From NCBI RefSeq assembly GCF_018350175.1, contig NC_058374.1, positions 1,302,001-1,366,000 on the forward strand: DNA of 64,000 nucleotides, written 5' to 3'. A program made the position numbers and the translations under genes. Numbering within the stretch: the first letter of the stretch is position 1; every line of letters starts with the position of its first letter. This document shows, one piece after another, positions 22,501-35,863 of the stretch. The notes under the pieces were generated by a model that had not been told where the DNA came from, did not search any database, and was given only the letters and a program-made list of their open reading frames with translations. The stretch is from Felis catus. Lineage: Eukaryota.

Positions 22501-24717
22501 AGTTTTCCCACAGTAACTGTGGCACTCAAAGACACGGACAAATGAAAGAAAGGAATCTAGCTTTAGTAGAGTAGTTGCTTAATTACACATTTAAACTGGC
22601 ACCCAGTAGGGAAACAGTCCTAAACAGATGCTGCCAGTAAGCTTCAAGATCAATTTTTTAAATTTCCTTTTGCACGTGCACACCTGCGCTTCTACTGAGA
22701 GAGACAGCAATGGGGAAGGTGACTCATTTTTTTTACACTTCCATCTGATTCTGCTCAAGGGGCAGAAAATCAGACACAAGGCCCACTTATTTCTTACCCA
22801 GACAGGATCGGAAAAGCATCTACATAAGAAGTATACCCCAAAAGTTACATTTAAATTTTTTCCCACTAACTGCTTTTAACTTAGAACTTATTTAGTAATT
22901 CCACACACACAATGAAAAAGGTCCCTTCCAGCTTTAAGACTTAAAATTGGTTCATGGGATGTTATCTCGCCCTGGAGAGGGCAATTATTTGAAAAGATCG
23001 TTTTAGCTAAAATTTTCATTAAAATACAATACAAAACAAAGAGAGAGTTTAGGTCATCTCATTAACCCTCTGGTTAAAACATTAAATCTCTGCAAACTCC
23101 AAGCAGTCCAACACTTGGTGATAAGGAAGCCTAAATACTATTTGAAACAAGTGAAACAATATGAAGATTTAAAGATCGCATCTTCTCACTCTGCTCGTGA
23201 CTGGAACGGTCATTTTACAAAGGAGGGTGCAAAGCCCAGGCAGGCAGTCATACCCTTAGAGGCAGGGCCCGGCTGCCCTCAAAGTGTGACCTCTTCCTCG
23301 GACCAGGAGTCACTCCTCTTCCGGTGGAGGAACATCTCCTTAGGCAGTTACATGCCCCGCCCCCATCTGAAACTCGCCACCCCCCCCCCCCCATCTGAGA
23401 TGAGATGGGAAGGGTGCCCACCACATAGGGCATATCCTCCCAGGGTGCAAGCTCAACTAATCCACACACCTGCCTAAACGCTACCAGAAACCTCCACACC
23501 AAAGCCGCTGCCTCCACAAGACAGGATGCAACCTATTTCATGTAACCTAAAATGGAAGGAGCGAAATATAAGAAATATTTTTCACAAAGATAGTCCATTC
23601 CAGAGTTGAAAAGCAAGTTGTTCTGAGTGCAGCCTGTTTAGAATGTATTCTGACCTCCGCTTGACTGTTATCAACATTTTCTCAGGTAGGAGCTGTTTCC
23701 CACGTTGCAAACCACAAGCCGCGGCCAGCCAGGGCTGCCGCAGTAGCTGGCCAGGCGGCCAGCGCACCCTCTTCCTGACTCGTTCGGGCCCCTCACTCCT
23801 TGGATCGGTATGCCCACCTACTGTGTGGGGTGCACCCACCTGCTGGGTGGGGTGCACCTCTCCGAACACCATCTCTTTTCTTAGCCACACATGAACCTCC
23901 TGGTAGCAAGTAAAACGTATCTGGAGTCCAGAGGAGGAAAAAACAGCTTACTGCTGGCAGTTCATTCTATGATCACCTTATAGACAAACAGCAGAACTGC
24001 TTCATTCAATATCTTTCAGAATTCATTTTTACCCTAGGAAATGGCATATACGTGGTTCGCCCTTTCTTTAGGACACAGTTTTGTTAACTTCATTTTGAAC
24101 ATAGGATCCTTTTCTTGGGATTACCCACACTCTCCATAAAAATCTTCACTTTCTCTCATTTACAGCTGAACATAAAAAGCGCCGACGATCAAATGCAGTA
24201 CCAGCATATACCTGCACCAAAGAAAAGTCAGACTCGGTATCATAAAAAAGTCTTTCAAGAGACCCAGAAGTCCTCTTCATAAACGAACTCTGGATAGTAC
24301 ATTGCTTCAAATCTTTCCAAAGGAAAAAGTCTCTATTTCACCTCAACCTTATCAATCTTTCATTTCTTTAAAGACTGCTGATCACATTTTATTACTTTCC
24401 AATTTATAGTCCCATAACTACAGCTTTTCAACCGACAGCAGATGCTAGTTAAGTGAGATGGGGGGGGGGGGGGGTTGGTGAGCAACCTTAGAACTCAGCA
24501 TTTCAGCAAATAACAGAATTCAGAGCTGGAAAGCGGCTCAGAGCTGACTTAATCCTGTGCTGCTCAGACTGCAGTATGCTTATTATTCCTAGGAGGGCGC
24601 CAAAGAATCAGAACTAGAGGTGATAAAATTGTCCAAAGTCCAGAACTATTTATATATATAAAGTGATTAAGTAATAAATAAATAAATTTAATTAGTTTAA
24701 AAAAAAAAAAAACAACT

Positions 24718-24925
24718 GAGGCACCTGGGTGGCTCAGCTGGTTAAGCTTTAGACTCTTGATTTCAGCTCACGTCATGATTTCACAGTTTGTGAGATAGAT
24801 CCCGGATGTTAGCACAGAGCCTGCTTGGGGTTCTCTCTCTCCCTATTTGTCCTCTGCTCACTTGTGCACGCGTGCTATCTCAAAATAAATAAATAAAAAT
24901 TAAAAAAAATAAACATTAAAAACAA
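24718..24925 (+). mobile_element. Can-SINE
   Basis: gaggcacctgggtggctcag head, A-rich tail. Confidence 0.88.
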
Positions 24926-25504
24926 AACAACCAACACAACAAAAACCTGTACACCCGACACGGACAAAATATCTTCATTCTGTAACAGACACGTAGCTTT
25001 CAAGGGCATTAAATTAAAAGAAAAGATTTGTCTTGGGAAAAGGTACTTCTGATCTGTGTCAATCAGCTAACCAATAAATCAAAACAAAGCAAGAACATCC
25101 TGAATGTGTAGTGTTTCTACAAACGAAGAATGAAATTCAGCACATCATGAAAACATTCCAAAGGGTCTGTAGGACTCGAAATCAGTAAAGAGCTGTTTGA
25201 TCCAACAGATGGTAGTGATAAAGATGGCAACTTACCTTCCCCAAGTCCTCACTACAGCCCTGTAGACATTCCCTAAAATCTTGTTATGTGAATAGGCAAG
25301 CCAGCTTCCTTAAAAATTAAAAGCCATTTAACAGCTTTATAATAAGTGGTGATAAAATACACCTTATTTCAAGACCTATATTAATGTGCATCCCTCCTTT
25401 CTCAAATTTAGTATTCCTAACAGATCTAGATTTCTTAGCACTTTGGTGACAGAGAGTGAAATATCCTGCAACAATTATAATCCTACACAAGCTCTTGAAA
25501 ATCA

Positions 25505-25722
25505 GAGGTGCCTCAGTGGCTCAGTCGCTTAAGGGTCATCTCTTGATTCCAGCTCAGGTCATGATCTCACAGTTAGCAGGATCTGGCCCTGCATCAGGCT
25601 CTGCGAGGACATCACGGAGCCTGCTTGGGATTCTGGATCTCCCTCTCTCTCTGCCCTACCTCTGTTTGCATATGCTAAATCAATCAATCAATCAATCAAT
25701 CAATCAACTGAAAAAAAAAAAC
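25505..25722 (+). mobile_element. Can-SINE with (AATC)n tail
   Basis: SINEC body; aatcaatcaatc run at ~25678-25706. Confidence 0.88.
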
Positions 25723-28700
25723 TTAAAAAGGAATTCGGACCTCACAAGTCAAAGCAAGGGACCCCAAATACAGCCTGAACATAACACAACTTAAAAAATC
25801 TTCACGAAAACAACTGACTTTTTGTCAGCAGTTTCCACCCAAAGAAGATCTGGAGAAGAAACATACTAACTAAGGGAGCGCTGGTCCTTTATCTGTGCTC
25901 GGGACCCTACATCCTCCTCTCTTCCTGCATCCTCCCTTCTTCCTCCAGCACTGTTCAAACACGCCTGGCCTAGGTGGTCTCCAAAGACAGAGCGCGCGCA
26001 AGGGAGGAAGAGCCGAAAGGTCAGAGAAGCAGGGACAGGGAAGGATAAAGACAGGGGGCCGGGGGCCTGTCCAAGCTTTGCGAAGATGGCCCATCACCTG
26101 CTTGCTGCTGAGGTCTGCCTGTGCTGGGCACTCTCCCTCCTCAGCCTCCAGGCAGCTGGATCATACTTGCCACTCTCAGCCTTTTTTCCCCCTCCCTTCT
26201 TACCCCCACGGATGCTCTTCCTCTGCACTAAGCGCAACACAAGCTCTGGCCCTGTGTGACCAGAAGTAGCCGTGAATTCAAGCAGGCGATTCTAAACACC
26301 AACACGTGAACCCTTCACCACTTTAACTCGTGTATGCTCCATGGCTTGGGCTTTCTCCTTAGACTGATTCAGTCCACCAGACCCTCTTTTCTTTCTCTCT
26401 CACCTAAACCACATCCATAACGCATCACCAAGACTTTCCCTTTGTTTCTTTAAAGTACAACTTAGTTACAAAGTGTGAAAAGCACAGTCCTTCTAGAATA
26501 TTCTCCAATTTTTATAGTGTCTTACCCATGTACCTAACAGTTTTCCTTGTGATTTGTTTTTATTGAGACACTCCAAAGTTTTCAAAGTCGTGCGCCTGTG
26601 TTTCCACACTACTGTACCAGCCCATACTAGTTACGTCCTACAACTGCAGGAAGGAGCGGAGTGCCCTGAGCCCGCGTGGGAACACCCCGAGCTGGCTCCT
26701 GAAAGCACACCACCCAGCCGGTGGGGAGAGGAAGTGGGCAGCCCACGCCAGCCCCGCAAGGCCCACAAATGACTCCAGGGGCTCCTCCGGCACCCCACGC
26801 CCGGGGGTGTTCTTCCACCTCTGTGAGTACTGCAGGCTGAAAGTCAGTGCAAGTGATCGGCTCCCCAAAATCCATCGTCTACAAAAATCCATTCCCACCA
26901 CCCTTCTCCTGAAGACAAATAAAGCAAATCTGACAACCCCTCCATCTCAACGAAACACAGCATATCATCTACCCAGCTGCCCAAACCAGAAACCTACCAA
27001 TGCATTTTCAACCTCTTCTTCTCAAATTAGCCTGTATCTTCCCATCTCTATTACCGATAACCACCATCTCGGAACCAAATCACTACCTGACTTCTTACGC
27101 ATCTCCGACCCCACCAATTCCTCACAGAATGACCTTCCTGAAACAGGAAACTATCTACTACCCTGCAGTTCACACCCCGAAGGCCTGCGCTTGGCATTCT
27201 CCGTCTTCCCACTGCCTGGGTTGCAAACCCATTATGCCCAGCGGCACAGCGTGTCAAGAGCACGCTGCCTCTCCCGTGCTGGGAGGGCAGGAACGTGTCT
27301 ATCTTCTCGGCCACTATATTCCTGACATAGTACCTATCAGAGTAAAACCTCAGGAAATACATGTTTTAATCACAGTGTCTTTCATGCAATAAACACGCAG
27401 GAAGAAATTTTTGGTCTTTAAAACGATGATTCCAAGTAAAAGCCTCTGTTGCTGCAGACTACAAATGATGTGTTAGTGTGGGAAATGGTAGTATTTTTAG
27501 GTCGGGGCAAAATTATCGTGGGTTCGGTTTCATTTCATCTCAGATGCTCTCCAGATTCTGGATGTATGTGTGCACATGTGTATATGTGCAATCTAAACAT
27601 CCAGAAGAGCCAAATACAAAGTGATGCTGACAATAAAAAAATTACATTTAATTATTAAAATAACAAGTTATTTTATTCTTAGGAAGAAGTTCCTAAGTGG
27701 CAAACATATGCTAAAATTTTTTTGTATTGAATGTGGAGGTCAAAGATCTTTTTGAAAATCTGTAAGCCAAGTCCTTTCACTGCAAAAACAGACACATACC
27801 AGAAATGTTAAACACAGACACAGAAGTTTAAGGAACCACCCCCCCCTCCCCACCACCTCCAGTCCACCGATGAACAACAGGTTGGGCATCTGAGGAGGAG
27901 TCAAGAGCAGAGGCTCGAGGCCCGCCCAGCGCCCCAAGTCCCCGCTGACCAGGTAGTGACGCTGGACACTCCCATCTTACCTACTGTGAGCATGTTTAGG
28001 GCAGGTGCATCACAGCGTGTGATTAAACCAACGCAGTCATTACTAATCACTAGGGAGCCAGAGGCCGGACCCGGGGAGCCAGGGGCGCCACGCTGACTCA
28101 CAAAGGAGCAGCCAGAGTCTAAGACCAGGGCTCAAATGCCGGGTATGGCAACTGAACACACTTTCACATTTCCCAACATGACAATGCTAATCAGATGATA
28201 TTAAAATACAGTGAATAACACCTAACACAAAGTGTTCCCTGCAAAAGGGATACCACACTTAAAAGAGAATTTAAGTTCTACAGTTGTGATTTCAAAAATA
28301 TCTACTACTCTAGATAATCTTTCAGTTTGATATTCCAAAGGATATGTATCCTAGCACAATACGATCTCCATTTTATAAATAACTAGATCACGACTCCAAG
28401 GCCAGTTAGGATTATAATTCAACACATGAACACTGTAACCGTAACACCGTAAAAGTTCCAAGCGAACTATCAGTCAGCATCAGCTCCAGTAATTCTGAAT
28501 TACTGTCCAGTGAAATAAATGAACTTCTCTCAGTCTTGGGGTATGAGGTACCCCTCACCCTAGTAATACTCACTGTACAGAGCACTATTAAAACTTTCTG
28601 TTTCAAACCAGCACTTCTGAAGCTTAACTATGCTGTGTGGCATAGGCTGCAAATGTATCAGGATACTTAGACCTAACGCGTACATAGGACACCTAACATT

Positions 28701-30919
28701 TCCAAGAGTTGGGTCCTGTTTGCAATGGACTTGGAAGCAAGAAACTAGATTGGCCCCATTTTCAGCTCTTCATCGTGTGATATAAAACAAACTGTCTCCA
28801 GGCCTCAGTTTTCCAAACAGTGAAACAGGTGTTCTGAAAAACAAATTAAAAAAAAAAACAAAAAAAAAAAAAACCAAGGATTTTAGATACTCCGAGTCCC
28901 AAGCCAAATGCGTGTTGCTGAGGGTGAGGAACTGTGGCAGTGTGCATTCATTTCTCACATCCTGTAGGAACGCTGCAGGCGGTTCCAATCTGAAGTCATT
29001 ATGCACACAGCAGGAAGCAAGCAATAAGTTGTTGAGCATGGTAAACTAAAGGCCAAGAGAGGTGGCAGTGCTCACCTAAGTCACCCCCTCTCAAGTCTGA
29101 GCCCTCTTTACAAAAAGGTGATGAGGATGAACAGAGGTGGTGACAATTTCAAAGCCTGAATATGGAGCCCGGCACCAGCAGCCTGGATAGCAAGGTTTAC
29201 AACTGTCTGCCAGTTCAGGAAGGAAACCACTGAATTTATATGAATTTCTCAAAGACAACATGTTAACTGCAGTCTGAATATATGATACAAATTGGAAGAT
29301 CTGTCAGTGCCTTCCTAAGTTGTTTAAATTATCTAAAATGATGAACAATACCCTTAATTTTCTTGAAACGAATGCTTTTTTTGTTTCAAAAAATAGAGTT
29401 TAATAGCTGCTGTAAGATTCTGCTTTAGAAAAAAACCCCGTAAAACGCCAACTTAAAGTTCTGTAGCATTCGAAAGGTTAACGAACACTCCCACCACCTT
29501 TAGTTCTTTTGTGAAACCCCCCCATCAAGGGAGTACCTCGAGACCACCTTCCGGGAGTTCTGTAACTGGAGCGCAAGGCAGGACTGAGCTCAGGGAGGAC
29601 AGCAAAGGCACCACACCCTCTGCCACCTGCTGACCGGCTGCCCTGCACACTCACTTTGCACTCCCACTCACTTTGCACTCCGTGGGCTTCAGGCTGAGTC
29701 TTTGGAGCTCCAAAACCCGAGGACTACACCTGCTTATCAGAAACTACTTATCAAATCTCAGTTAATAACAGAAGAGTCTCGGGGAACGTCCTATTTCCAA
29801 GTGTTACACCACTCACACGCAGACACCATGCGAACACTGTCAGAGGCTTCCCTCCCCATCATCCACCTCCACAGTGAACAACGGTGCTGAAAACAAAATT
29901 CTCCATGCAACGGAATTTAGGCTGATCAGATGTACTATATTATTAAACACTTGGTAAATATATGGTTTACAAATTTTCAATACACTTCCCTAACTGCACC
30001 GACACACCAAATTGTAAACTGGAAGTTAGTGATCCAGCCCTGCTCACAAAATCACCTAGTAATACAATTAGGGGCCATTAATGATCCTGGGACAATACCT
30101 GACCTGCAGCTTTTTCTCTTGAACTGTCATCTTGCATTTTCCCAAAACTTAGTGAGCTGACAGATCAAAAACCTCCACAGTGACAAGCACGCTCTCAATA
30201 TCCTGAACTTCAAAGGAAAAGTGCCAAGAATGTCCCCGGTCTTGACTGAAACTACTAAAACTTACGGTCATTTATGACCTCAAGGCACTGTGTGCAGGGA
30301 CACACTTCACTCGTAAGTGGAAGTTCACGGGGTCACAAAAGACTTAAAATCTGCAGTTTTTTGTGGCGATTCTATTTTCTCCTCCTGGTCCATTCACCCT
30401 TAGGGTTAACTCTCCCACAGAGGTGGCCTGAAAGGTAATCATTTCAGCAAAAGAAATGAAAACACATCAACATATACAAAAAAGTGTGAAGAGCTGCAAG
30501 CACAAACAGACTGCTGTGAACTACTGTACTCATTTCGACCTTTGGTCCTCACGGACTGCCCCCCGCCCCTACTGTGTAATGTGTGAAGAAGAAAATACCG
30601 CTGACTCATCAGTTACTCATTCTGTACGATGGTCTGTACTCAAGTGACCTGCTGAAGAGACACCGGAAACAGCTTTATATTCTGAAAACAAGAATCACTG
30701 AAGATTCAGATATTAATCAAAAAGGAACATGAAAACTTCCAATCCCAGGGAAAGTTTCATCCACAAAAGTTATTACAATAAACTTCTGCACCAAAAGACA
30801 ACTAGCATACTATCATTTGAATGTTTTTACCTCCTAAAAACACAAGAGAAAATGGTTTATGTTCTACATGTCTAGATTTTTAAAAGGTAACTTTCCACAG
30901 GCATTTTGAGTCTACTTTT

Positions 30920-31105
30920 TTTTTTTAATGTTTATTTATTTGTGGGGGGGGGGGGGGACGGAGGGCGTGCTCAGGGTAGGGGCAGAGAGAGGTAGGGGGA
31001 CAGAGGATCCAAAGCGGGATTACGTGCTAACAACAGCAGGGAGCCCAATGTGGGGCTTGAACTCATGAACCGATCGCGACTGGAGCAGAAGTCCAAAGTC
31101 CCTCA
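30920..31105 (-). mobile_element. Can-SINE
   Basis: TSD agtctactttt (30909 / 31106). Confidence 0.88.
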
Positions 31106-31129
31106 AGTCTACTTTTAAAAATTCCTGCT

Positions 31130-31320
31130 GGGGCGCCTAGGTGGCTTAGTCAGTTAAGCATCTGACTCTCAGTGTAAGCTCAGGTCAGGATTCGTGGGCT
31201 CGAGCCCTGCGTCAGGCTCTGTGCTGACAGCGCAGAGCCTGTTAGGATTCTCCCTCCCTCTCTCACGCTCTCTCTGCTCCTCTCTCTCCCCTCCCCCACT
31301 TGTGCGGTCTCTCTTTCAAC

Positions 31321-31371
<51 letters not shown>

Positions 31372-31413
31372 ATGTATGTATGTATGTATGTATGTATGTA
31401 TGTATGTATGTTC
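31130..31413 (+). mobile_element. Can-SINE with compound (TAAA)13(TGTA)9 microsatellite tail
   Basis: Head at 31130, TSD ttcctgct, tail repeats at 31321-31410. Confidence 0.92.
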
Positions 31414-32009
31414 GTTCCTGCTATTCTGTGATTCTGTGACTCTGCAGAGTTGGAAAGAGCCTGGCAGCTATACAGTACTACAAGCTCTCTGAGGATACAT
31501 ACGTTATATATATGGTAAGGCAGAAATTACACAGATGGTAAAACTTAACAATGAAATACAGAGAAATAACATAATTAACAAAGAAAAACGTTCAGAAAGT
31601 AATCTTTAAAGAACTGGTTTTAAAGGACACGATATTTTCAGAATAAAATATTTGAAAAGGGGTTTTTTAACACGTTCAGAGAGATATAATCAACTTGTAA
31701 ACTCAGGCAACTTGTAAATCTGTATCAAACCAGTCACTATGTTTTCATCCTTGTATTTTGAACTTTGACAATAAAACAAAACTTTTCGAAATCTGAAAAC
31801 AGAATGTTCTCATTCTTCAGAAGTTTCTAAAAAAGGAATCTCTTTAATTATTCTGTCTTAATAAAAGCTGAAATAACAAATATACTTTACAACTGATAAA
31901 CACAAGCAAACTTAAGTCAAATTTTTAAAATATTGTTTTAAACATTATGTTTAATATAAATGAAAAAGTTCCTAAACAAGCTATTCTTCATTTAGGCCAG
32001 GGCTTGACC

Positions 32010-32600
32010 TTTGCACTGTGATAAACACAACATAAACACGAGGGCCCTCCACCTCAGGGCCAAGTAATACCCATCTGTGTGTGCCCTTTCCTTTCTCCCC
32101 ATGCCACTCTCCATAAATCGGAATAAGATTGCTTAAAAAGGCAATAGTCATGGAATTCTCCTGCTGAAAACCCTCCAACTGCTTTCTATTGTTCTTAGGA
32201 CACAGAGCAAAATTCTCACCTATGCGGAGATCTCTCAGATCCCATGTGATCCAGCTGCTACCTCGTCTGACCCCTTCTTTACTCAGCCTCATTCAAATTA
32301 TTCCTCCAAACGCTGTGCTCAGTATTGCTGTGCACCCATCTTGTTTCCATGGCCAGCTACCCACCCCCCCCCCCGCCCTACTGCACTCTTCCTAAGGGAG
32401 CCTCCTGGCCCCTCAAGGCCTACAAGGCCAACACAACGTATGGCTCTCATACGCGCTCATTGGTTATCTACGTCCCTCAGTGGACAGTAAGCTCCAAAAA
32501 GGAGAGCAATCCATCCCTTCTGCTCACCATTATAACCCTAAGATTTATTCATAAATTATTCAGTGAATACTCTGTACTGTTCAAAGGTCTAGGTGCATGT
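32010..32600 (+). mobile_element. L2 fragment
   Basis: gaaaaccctccaactgctttct...aaattctcacc...gtaagctccaaaaaggagag...ttcataaattattcagtgaat L2 3' pattern. Confidence 0.6.
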
Positions 32601-32674
32601 CACTGAAGAAAACAGAAACCCTCAACCTCAGAAAGTTAACTTTCAAGCACCATACATAAAATATGGAAGTTACA

Positions 32675-32898
32675 GGGGCGCCTAGGTGGCTCAGTCGGTT
32701 CATGTCAGCTCAGTCCGACTCCTGGTTTCAGCTCACATCATGATCTCACGGTTCATGAGTTTGAGCCCTGCATCTGGCTCTGTGCTGACAGCGTGGAGTC
32801 TGCTCAGGATCCTGTCTCTCCCTGTGTCTGTCTCTCTCTGCCTTTCCCCTGCTCGCCCTCTTACCTCTCTCAAAAATAAACAAACATTAAAAAAACAA
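32675..32898 (+). mobile_element. Can-SINE
   Basis: ggggcgcctaggtggctcag head, A tail, degenerate TSD. Confidence 0.9.
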
Positions 32899-33695
32899 AA
32901 ATACATGGAAATTACTTGGAACATTACAGTATAATAAGAGCTACAAAGAGAAATAAGGGAACGGAGATCAGGGGGCCGGCCATAGGACCTGCTGTAGTAA
33001 TGTAACAGTAACAGCTAGACTACTCGAGGGAGTGTGTGCTGAGAGCCATCAACAAGTTTTGTGGATGGAAGCTTCAAGAACCCAAATGCCTGCCTGCTTT
33101 CCTCTAAATAAAACAACACACTTTCCCTTCTAGATCCTTCTAGACCACAAGCCCTAGAGAAAAGCTCTAAAGCTCTGGTATCATTTGTCTTTGTACCGCG
33201 CACGTCCCACCGATCAAAACACCTCCTCAAAGAAGGCATGAGCCCTTGTCTTACATCCCTACCCGACCCTGCAGCAATGACTCTCCACAGGGAATGAAAA
33301 ATGGAAAAATCCACTTAAGTTTAAAAATACATTTTCACTATTGTAAATTGCTTTGTTTGGGCTAATATAATTTGTTTTCATTTTAAAGCCAAATAAAGAA
33401 GAAACATTTGTTATTAAAAAGGGGGCACATTTCTAAAGACTGAGAAAGAGTACAATCTAGGTCACGTAATTAAATGAGTCCATCTAAAACACGGCAAGCA
33501 CTAGATAGAGCTATCAAACCACTAACATTTTGTAAATATAACCACGCACTTTCCACTGCATTCGTTTCAAGTGAAGATTCTCGTGTCTGTTATACAGGCA
33601 TGCAACTACTATCCGCAAGTCATTTCCCTACAACCAAGTGAGAGGTGTCTTCAGACACGCCTTTTTCCATCCAGTTAAAGTTTACTAAACATCTA

Positions 33696-34124
33696 CAGAG
33701 GGCCCCCAATTTATGTTTCAACATACAAGTTTTCAACTTCACAATGGTGCAGAAGTGATACACATTCAGTAGAAGCTGTACCTCAAATTTTGAATTTCCA
33801 CCTTGTTCCCAGCCAGCAGGCTCCCAGACAGCCCCACGATCGTGAGAGTAACAACTGCACCCACACCGCCATTCTGTTCGTCACTTTCAGTATTCGATGA
33901 ATGACACAAGAGACAGTCACCACTTCATAATCAAACAGGCTTTGTGTGAGAGCATTTTGCCCAACCACGGGCTAATGTAAGTGTTCTTAACATGTTTACA
34001 GTAAATAAGGCTAAGCTGTGAGGTTCAAGGTTAGGTGTATTAAATACATTTTTGATTTAACAACATTTTCAACTTACAAGAGGTCTACCAGGACATAAGC
34101 CCATCCTAAGTTGAGAAAGATCTG
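33696..34124 (-). mobile_element. TcMar-Tigger MITE (Tigger4/Zombi/MER46-like)
   Basis: TA|CAG...CTG|TA termini with TA TSDs. Internal gctaatgtaagtgttc and aggttaggtgtattaaat motifs. Confidence 0.8.
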
Positions 34125-35653
34125 TATGGGGGGCCTGGACCTGAGCTTGGCAAAGAGGTTACAAAAAAAGCATCTCACCCACAAGGAGCTCTACTTAATT
34201 AGGGGCTGTGCCTAAGGTGATACAGAAACAGAGAGGCACTAAGCACGACTTTAGAAATTAAGGCAAAGATTCTTGAAGGACTCCTGAAATACCCTTAGAA
34301 GGATGGATTAAAGAGCAAAGTTAAGAAAAAATAAATTTAAAAAAAGACATTCAATTTCAAGCAAAGAAACTATGGGGAGCAGAGGCAGCACCATCTCCAA
34401 CATCACGGTCCTGAGGTAGAGGCAATGGTCAGTTCAGGCCAAGCAAAGGTGGCCTGGCCAGCAAGGAGGATGCAGAAATGCCAAGGCCCCTGGAGCCAGG
34501 CCCCTGGGCGTTTCTTATTTAGGCAGGGGACAGTCACAGAGGAGTTTTTAAAAAGGGCCCAACAAACAGGATATGCTTTTAAAGCAGCCTCTAGCCATAG
34601 TGTGACTAAAACAGTGTGCTGTAAAAAAGAGACATGTTATTTCTGTCACACAAATACTATCCTAATTTATAAGTTTTTAAGCCAAAAAATTTGCATATTA
34701 GACTTCATAAAGAACATTTTCAGTGAAGACTAAGTCTCATCTTAAGGATTCTCAAAGTCTCCCTAAAAATCAAGTAGCATGCTTTTAAATTTGAGTCAAA
34801 TTATAAAACGTCCTTCACGTTATACAATTCACTCTGTGACCCAGGTCTCACTACCAGGGAAGTAGGATGGACACTAAAGACAAAATCAAACTGAGACAGG
34901 AGATGCAAAAGTGGTGGCATCACTCACCTGCAGCCCTTATTAACTACGTGAAGGCAGCTTACTAGGAAAATGGTGAAAAGTCAGTTTATGAAAGCATTAA
35001 AGGGACAAGAAGGCCTTTGGGGGTGGAGGAAGGTAAGAAGGGAAGGAGACATGAGCGGAGTTAATACTTTTCTTACCTGTTCCTAAGGTTAAAGACATTT
35101 ATTTACATACAGGAAAAACAAAGTGTTAGATCGTTAGCAAAAAAAAAAACAAAAAAAAAACAAAAAAATTTTCCACCTTGGAATTATCTTCCTTCTAATA
35201 AGAGAACCTAATGGTTTTTCACTTTACAATTCCATATTCTAATAAAGGAATTCATTTTCTAGTCAAGGTAACTCCAGGAGAAGTAGAGTAGCTCCAAAGG
35301 TATTAACAAGTACAACAATTAGCAAACAGTCTGAGCTGAACTAAACTACAATCAGATCTGGTGAGTTTTCTCTCTCTCAGAAGGCAGTGCCTCATTTACT
35401 GTGTACTCTAAAATTAGCTCTGACAAAAAAAGAGAACTCTTTAAAGGAATAAAGTTTTACAAAAGAGCAAAAGCAACAAAGCCCAGCAAGTTTTTAACTA
35501 TGTATTTTCCATAAAAACTACTTCAGTGTTTGTTTTCTTCTGTCCATAAGAAAAAGGTTCAGTCAATGGCCTTTTAGGAAGAATTACAAGAACACACGGA
35601 GATTTTCTGGCATTTACCAAACTGAAAAAAATACTTAAGTACGAGAGAATTCT

Positions 35654-35863
35654 TTTTTTTTTTTTTTAATGTTTATTTATTTTTGAAACAGAGACAGAGC
35701 ATGAACAGGGGAGGGTCAGAGAGAGGGAGATACAGAATCTGAAACAGGCTCCAGGCTCTGAGCTGTCAGCACAGAGCCCGACGCAGGGTTTGAACTCACG
35801 GACCGCGAGATCATGACCTGAGCTGAAGTCGGCCATTAACTGACTGAGCCACCCAGGGACCCC
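35654..35863 (-). mobile_element. Can-SINE
   Basis: 16-bp TSD agtacgagagaattct (35638 / 35864). Confidence 0.93.

Noticed and set aside
23582-23890. 102-aa minus-strand ORF in intron 1 as a coding exon
   Set aside because: It has no ATG start in frame at the listed position, no recognisable homology, and it lies upstream of the canonical start. It is kept only as part of a possible UTR exon.
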